Positions 36,302 to 40,386 of a stretch of 40,386 nucleotides of DNA are shown here, piece by piece. Position 1 is the first letter of the stretch. Each line of letters starts with the position of its first letter. The DNA lies in contig CAUFVC010000001.1 of NCBI GenBank assembly GCA_959029275.1, positions 1 to 40,386 of the forward strand. Reading direction: 5' to 3'. The stretch is from an uncultured Eubacteriales bacterium. Lineage in GTDB: Bacteria; Bacillota; Clostridia; Lachnospirales; Bianqueaceae. The notes under the pieces are model-generated. The model was not told the DNA's origin and made no database searches. It worked only from the letters and a program-made list of their open reading frames with translations. Position numbers and translations under genes: made by a program.

Positions 36302-37207
36302 ATGTTACAGCGTCTCAAGATGGATTTCAAACGGAACTACCAGGCCTATCTGATGGTACTCCCAGCCATTGTACTCATCTTTATCTTCTGCTACATCCCC
36401 ATGTACGGCGTCCTCATCGCCTTCCAGAACTACCGCCCTCAGACCGGCTTCTTGGGAAGCGAGTGGGTAGGACTGGCCAACTTTGCGGAATTTTTTAGCT
36501 CGCCTCACTCCTGGAAAATCATCCGCAATACGCTGTTCATCAGCGTCTACTCCCTGGCAATCGGCTTTCCATGTCCGATTATACTGGCGCTGCTGCTCAA
36601 CGAGGTTCGCTGCCAGGCGTTTAAGAGGACGGTCCAAACGATATCCTACATGCCTTACTTTATCTCCACCGTCGTCATCTGCGGTATTCTAAAATCCTTT
36701 CTGGCCTATGACGGTGTCTTCAATGAAATCATTAAAGGTCTGGGCGGGAGGCCCTTCAACTTTCTGAGCAGCGCCTCCCTGTTTCCCAGCGTGATCGTCT
36801 TTTCCGACCTCTGGCAGTTTGTTGGATGGAATTCCATCATCTACATCGCCGCCTTGACCAACATCGATCCCAACCTATACGAGGCCGCCCGCATGGATGG
36901 ATGCGGGCGGATCCGCCAGATTTGGCACATCACCCTTCCGGGAATCGTGCCGACGATAACGGTTCTCATGATCCTAAGCATCGGCGGTCTGTTAAGCGCC
37001 AATTCGGATAAAATATTACTGCTGTACACGCCCATGACCTATGAAACCGGCGACGTAATCGGAACTTTCATATACCGCCGGGGCCTCAAAGGCGGAGATT
37101 ACAGCTATTCGGAAGCGGTGGGACTATTCGAGACGGCAATCAATTTTCTTTTGCTGATCTTTGCCAACTGGTTCAGCCAAAAGACTACAGAAAATAGCTT
37201 GTGGTAA
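36302..37207 (+). CDS. Carbohydrate ABC transporter permease (LplB-like)
   Basis: YIPMYG..IAF, WVGL.NF, PYFISTV, EAA loop LYEAARMDG. Confidence 0.93.
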   Translation: MLQRLKMDFKRNYQAYLMVLPAIVLIFIFCYIPMYGVLIAFQNYRPQTGFLGSEWVGLANFAEFFSSPHSWKIIRNTLFISVYSLAIGFPCPIILALLLNEVRCQAFKRTVQTISYMPYFISTVVICGILKSFLAYDGVFNEIIKGLGGRPFNFLSSASLFPSVIVFSDLWQFVGWNSIIYIAALTNIDPNLYEAARMDGCGRIRQIWHITLPGIVPTITVLMILSIGGLLSANSDKILLLYTPMTYETGDVIGTFIYRRGLKGGDYSYSEAVGLFETAINFLLLIFANWFSQKTTENSLW

Positions 37208-37219
37208 AGGAAGGTCCAT

Positions 37220-38125
37220 ATGAAAAAACATTCAAAAGCAAACCCGGGCGATCGGATACTGGACTCGGTGATCTACCTAGCCTTAATTCTACTGGCCATC
37301 GTCTGTCTATATCCGCTTTATCAAGTGCTGGTAGTCTCCATCAGCGACCCGGCGGTGGTTATGAAAAAAAATGGTCTGTTGCTGCTGCCGGAGGGTATCC
37401 ACTTTGACGCATACCGAATCGTCTTCTCCAACCAAAACATTGCCACTGGCTTTCTGAACACCATCTTCTATATCGTCGTAGGGACTTCGCTGCAATTCCT
37501 TACGACAGTTATGTCCGCCTATGTGCTCTCCAAGAAAAACGTCATGCTCAAAAAGCCAATCATGGTATATTTTACTATTACAATGTATTTCGGCGGCGGC
37601 ATCATTCCGTTTTTTCTGTTGATTAACCAGATGCAGCTTATGAACACTCCCTGGGCCATCCTTCTCCCCAGCGCCTGTAGCGTGTGGAACATCATCATCA
37701 TGCGCACTCAGTTCACAAACATCCCCGACGGGCTTAAGGAAGCGGCGATGATTGACGGGGCCAGCGATTTTACCATTCTGTGCCGGATCCTGATTCCCCT
37801 GAGCGGCTCCGTCATCGCCGTACTGGTTCTGTTCAGCGCCGTGCATTACTGGAATATGTGGTATGAGCCCATGATCTTTCTGACGGAACGCGCCAAATAC
37901 CCTATCCAATCAGTGCTTCGGGAAATTCTCATCGACAGCAACAACCAGATGATGGCGGGGGCCGGCAACGTCCAGACCCGATTCAATGTGAAAACAAACT
38001 CCGCCGCCCAGACCCTTGTGAAGTATGCCAACATTATCGTCTGTACCGTTCCAATTCTGCTGGTCTATCCGTTTCTGCAAAAATACTTTGTCAAGGGCGT
38101 AATGGTAGGCTCTCTGAAAGGATGA
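37220..38125 (+). CDS. Carbohydrate ABC transporter permease (LplC-like)
   Basis: MYFGGGIIP, EAAMIDGA, YPFLQKYFVKGVMVGSLKG. Confidence 0.93.
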   Translation: MKKHSKANPGDRILDSVIYLALILLAIVCLYPLYQVLVVSISDPAVVMKKNGLLLLPEGIHFDAYRIVFSNQNIATGFLNTIFYIVVGTSLQFLTTVMSAYVLSKKNVMLKKPIMVYFTITMYFGGGIIPFFLLINQMQLMNTPWAILLPSACSVWNIIIMRTQFTNIPDGLKEAAMIDGASDFTILCRILIPLSGSVIAVLVLFSAVHYWNMWYEPMIFLTERAKYPIQSVLREILIDSNNQMMAGAGNVQTRFNVKTNSAAQTLVKYANIIVCTVPILLVYPFLQKYFVKGVMVGSLKG

Positions 38126-39273
38126 ATCCCTTGAAACTCATCATTGGCGCAAAACGCCTTTTGACGGAGGATGGCTGGAAGAAAGACTGCGTCCTGGAAA
38201 TAGATGAGGGCCGGGTCACACGGATCGCCCGCGGAACCACTTCGGATCTTTCCGCGCAGACGCTGGCGCCCGGACTCATCGACCCGCATCTCCACGGAGG
38301 GGACGGATTTGACATCATGCATCCCACGGTGGAAAAGATGGAGGCTTGGCTTCTCCGGCTGGCAGAATCCGGCGTTGCGGCCGTCTTGGCCACTCCCTAC
38401 ACCGGCCCCATAGACGTCATACGCGGATCGCTGGAGGTCATTTCCCAGGTTATGGATCGCCAGAAGAAAGTATGTGTTCCGGTCGCGCGGCTGCTGGGAG
38501 CCCATCTGGAGGGGCCATTCATCAGTCCAAAACGGCTAGGGGGCATGGAGGAGCGCTTTGTCCTGCCCCCATCTGCTGCCGCTTGCCGCCGGCTGATTCA
38601 GGGCTACGAGTCTATCATCCGGGAAATGACTCTGGCCCCGGAGGTCCCGGGAGCTGGCGACGTCATCTCCCTTCTGAAAAGCATGGGGGTTCGAGTCCAG
38701 GCGGGGCATAGCGACGCCACCTATGAGGAGGGAGAATCCGCCTTTGCCTGTGGAGTTGGATCCATCTGCCATTTTTTCAACGCCGCCCGCCCCATTGGGC
38801 ACCGCGACCCCGGCTTTCTATCCTCCGCTCTGGTGCAGCCGGGAATCTACTGCGAGATGATCGCCGACCTAGTCCACCTGCATCCCGGCGCAATACGCCT
38901 ATTATGGAACTGCAAGGGCCCCGACCTGCTGATTCTCATCTCCGACGCCGTCTCCACCACCAATCTCCCCGACGGAGAGTATCTCGACAATGGCTTAACC
39001 GTTGAGGTTCACAGCGGCGCCTCCTATGTAAAAGGCGGAGGCCTGAACGGCGGCGGGACTTACCTGCCGGGAGCGGTGCGCAATTTGATCTCTCTTGGCA
39101 TCCCCGACTGCCAGGCTTTAAACGCGGCCTCGGCCAACGCCGCCCGCTGGCTGCAAATTGATTCCGGCATTCGGGTGGGGGCGATAGCTTCCCTGACCGG
39201 CTGGGATGGGGACATGCGCCCGCTCTTTACTCTGACCGGCGGCCATCTTCATCAGAAGGAGGAAACCCTTTGA
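38122..39273 (+). CDS. nagA: N-acetylglucosamine-6-phosphate deacetylase-like amidohydrolase
   Basis: PGLIDPHLHG, HLEGPFI, TLAPE, AGHSDA, HFFNA, IADLVH, ISDA; some substrate-loop motifs diverge. Confidence 0.8.
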   Translation: MNPLKLIIGAKRLLTEDGWKKDCVLEIDEGRVTRIARGTTSDLSAQTLAPGLIDPHLHGGDGFDIMHPTVEKMEAWLLRLAESGVAAVLATPYTGPIDVIRGSLEVISQVMDRQKKVCVPVARLLGAHLEGPFISPKRLGGMEERFVLPPSAAACRRLIQGYESIIREMTLAPEVPGAGDVISLLKSMGVRVQAGHSDATYEEGESAFACGVGSICHFFNAARPIGHRDPGFLSSALVQPGIYCEMIADLVHLHPGAIRLLWNCKGPDLLILISDAVSTTNLPDGEYLDNGLTVEVHSGASYVKGGGLNGGGTYLPGAVRNLISLGIPDCQALNAASANAARWLQIDSGIRVGAIASLTGWDGDMRPLFTLTGGHLHQKEETL

Positions 39274-40163
39274 AAGCCATTGGTATCGATATCGGCGGAA
39301 CATCCATCAAATTCGCCCGGATAGATGACAACTCGTCCATTCTCGTGCGGGCTAAGAAACCTACTCCCCAGGGAGATCCCACTGCTCTGGCAGACAGAAT
39401 CGCGGAAATGATCCGGGAAAACGGAGGCTCAGCCGGGATTCCCATAGGTGTCGCCTGCGCTGGGGATGTGGATAACACATCCGGCTTAGTAACCGCAGAC
39501 AATCTGGGTTGGGATCAGGCGCCGCTGGGACCTCTTCTGGAAGAGCGTCTGGGAAGACCTGTCTTTCTGGAGCAGGACACACACGCCGCCATGTTGGCAG
39601 AGTGGGAAAACGGCTCTCTCAAGGGCCAGCGCAACGCCCTCTATCTGACTCTTGGCACCGGTGTGGGCGGCGGCGCCATTATAGACGGCAAACCCTACCG
39701 GGAAATCAAACGGATCGCTTCAGAATATGGGCATATAATTACCCATGCCGGAGGAGAACTATGTCCCTGCGGGGAACGCGGCTGCTATGAGCGCTACGCT
39801 TCTACCAGCGCTCTTGTTCGCCAGACGGAGGGATATGATTCCGCCCAGGCGATTCTGGAGGCTGTCAAAGTGGGAGACAAAAAAATCCTTCCCATCTGGA
39901 ACCGCTATATTCAGGAGGTCTGCATCGGCTTGGTCAGCCTTCTGACTATTTTTGCTCCGGATGTCCTATCTATCGGCGGCGGCATCAGCGAGGCCGGCGA
40001 TTTCTTTCTCCGCTGCATCAAAGCGGGCATGGACGAACACGCGGCCTACCGCCGCTATTACCACTCCACGGATATACGCCTGGCTACATTTGGAAATGAC
40101 GCAGGAGTACTGGGAGCGGCGGCGGCCGCCCGTTGCGCCTGGGAGGAGGCATTAAACCTATGA
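39270..40163 (+). CDS. ROK family sugar kinase
   Basis: GIDIGGT, TLGTGVGGG, EYGH, CPCGERGCYE, IGGGIS, GNDAG; no N-terminal HTH; TTG start. Confidence 0.9.
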   Translation: MKAIGIDIGGTSIKFARIDDNSSILVRAKKPTPQGDPTALADRIAEMIRENGGSAGIPIGVACAGDVDNTSGLVTADNLGWDQAPLGPLLEERLGRPVFLEQDTHAAMLAEWENGSLKGQRNALYLTLGTGVGGGAIIDGKPYREIKRIASEYGHIITHAGGELCPCGERGCYERYASTSALVRQTEGYDSAQAILEAVKVGDKKILPIWNRYIQEVCIGLVSLLTIFAPDVLSIGGGISEAGDFFLRCIKAGMDEHAAYRRYYHSTDIRLATFGNDAGVLGAAAAARCAWEEALNL

Positions 40164-40386
40164 AACCATTGACAATCGACGAAATGCAGTCCCTCCAGCT
40201 AGAGCTGCACAGCGCTTATGCGGACGATTGGGACTCTCTGAACCCCAGCCAGGCGATCCCCAGCCTACTATGGGCGCTGGGCGAAGCCGGGGAAATGATT
40301 GATATTTTAAAGAAACAAGGCGCAGACAATGTAATCTGCGATCCGGAAATTCACAACCACTTCTCGGAGGTCGCAGGCTTCCTCCG
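40160..40386 (+). CDS. MazG-like nucleotide pyrophosphohydrolase, runs off the window end
   Basis: Hand translation MKPLTIDEMQSLQLELHSAYADDWDSLNPSQAIPSLLWALGEAGEMIDILKKQG... with an ExxE motif; ATGA overlap with the ROK stop and a GGAGG RBS. Confidence 0.7.
   Translation, partial: MKPLTIDEMQSLQLELHSAYADDWDSLNPSQAIPSLLWALGEAGEMIDILKKQGADNVICDPEIHNHFSEVAGFL

Noticed and set aside
39467..39475. Perfect DnaA box TGTGGATAA
   Set aside because: A single box inside the ROK coding sequence with no cluster; compatible with chance.
1..40386. CRISPR array, transposase, integrase, toxin-antitoxin or defence genes
   Set aside because: No regularly spaced repeats or recognisable protein motifs of these kinds were seen.
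40360..40386. Disruption of the MazG-like gene (HFSEVAGFL where an EExxD motif is expected)
   Set aside because: It lies in the last bases of the window, where the continuation cannot be seen and end-of-contig errors are plausible.

Overview
Origin-proximal chromosomal region of a probably spore-forming Clostridia (Bacillota) genome. Bases 1-27000 are mostly minus-strand core genes. They include tRNA-Ser(GCT), a two-subunit Fe-S fumarate hydratase, trkH-trkA, an M18 aminopeptidase, an OmpR/HK two-component pair and tRNA-Arg(CCG). They also include parA-parB with two perfect parS sites, argS, noc, and rsmG-mnmG-mnmE-jag-yidC-yidD-rnpA-rpmH. dnaA and the DnaA-box cluster, normally divergent from rpmH, are absent. 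In their place, 27063-40386 holds a carbohydrate-utilisation cluster: three AraC regulators, two TIM-barrel isomerase/epimerases, a Gfo/Idh/MocA oxidoreductase, an ABC binding protein with two permeases, a divergent NagA, a ROK kinase and a MazG-like gene. The most notable signal is a dispersed family of ~80-nt intergenic elements that can fold as a three-stem H-type pseudoknot and end in AATGGAG-N6-ATG. Copies lie before four unrelated genes: trkH, a lipid kinase, fumarase alpha and mnmE. Also notable are a ~130-nt sRNA candidate with a forespore-type promoter and C-rich anti-SD-like segments, three near-consensus Noc-binding sites, and an in-frame amber codon in rsmG. All calls come from reading the sequence; no database search was run.
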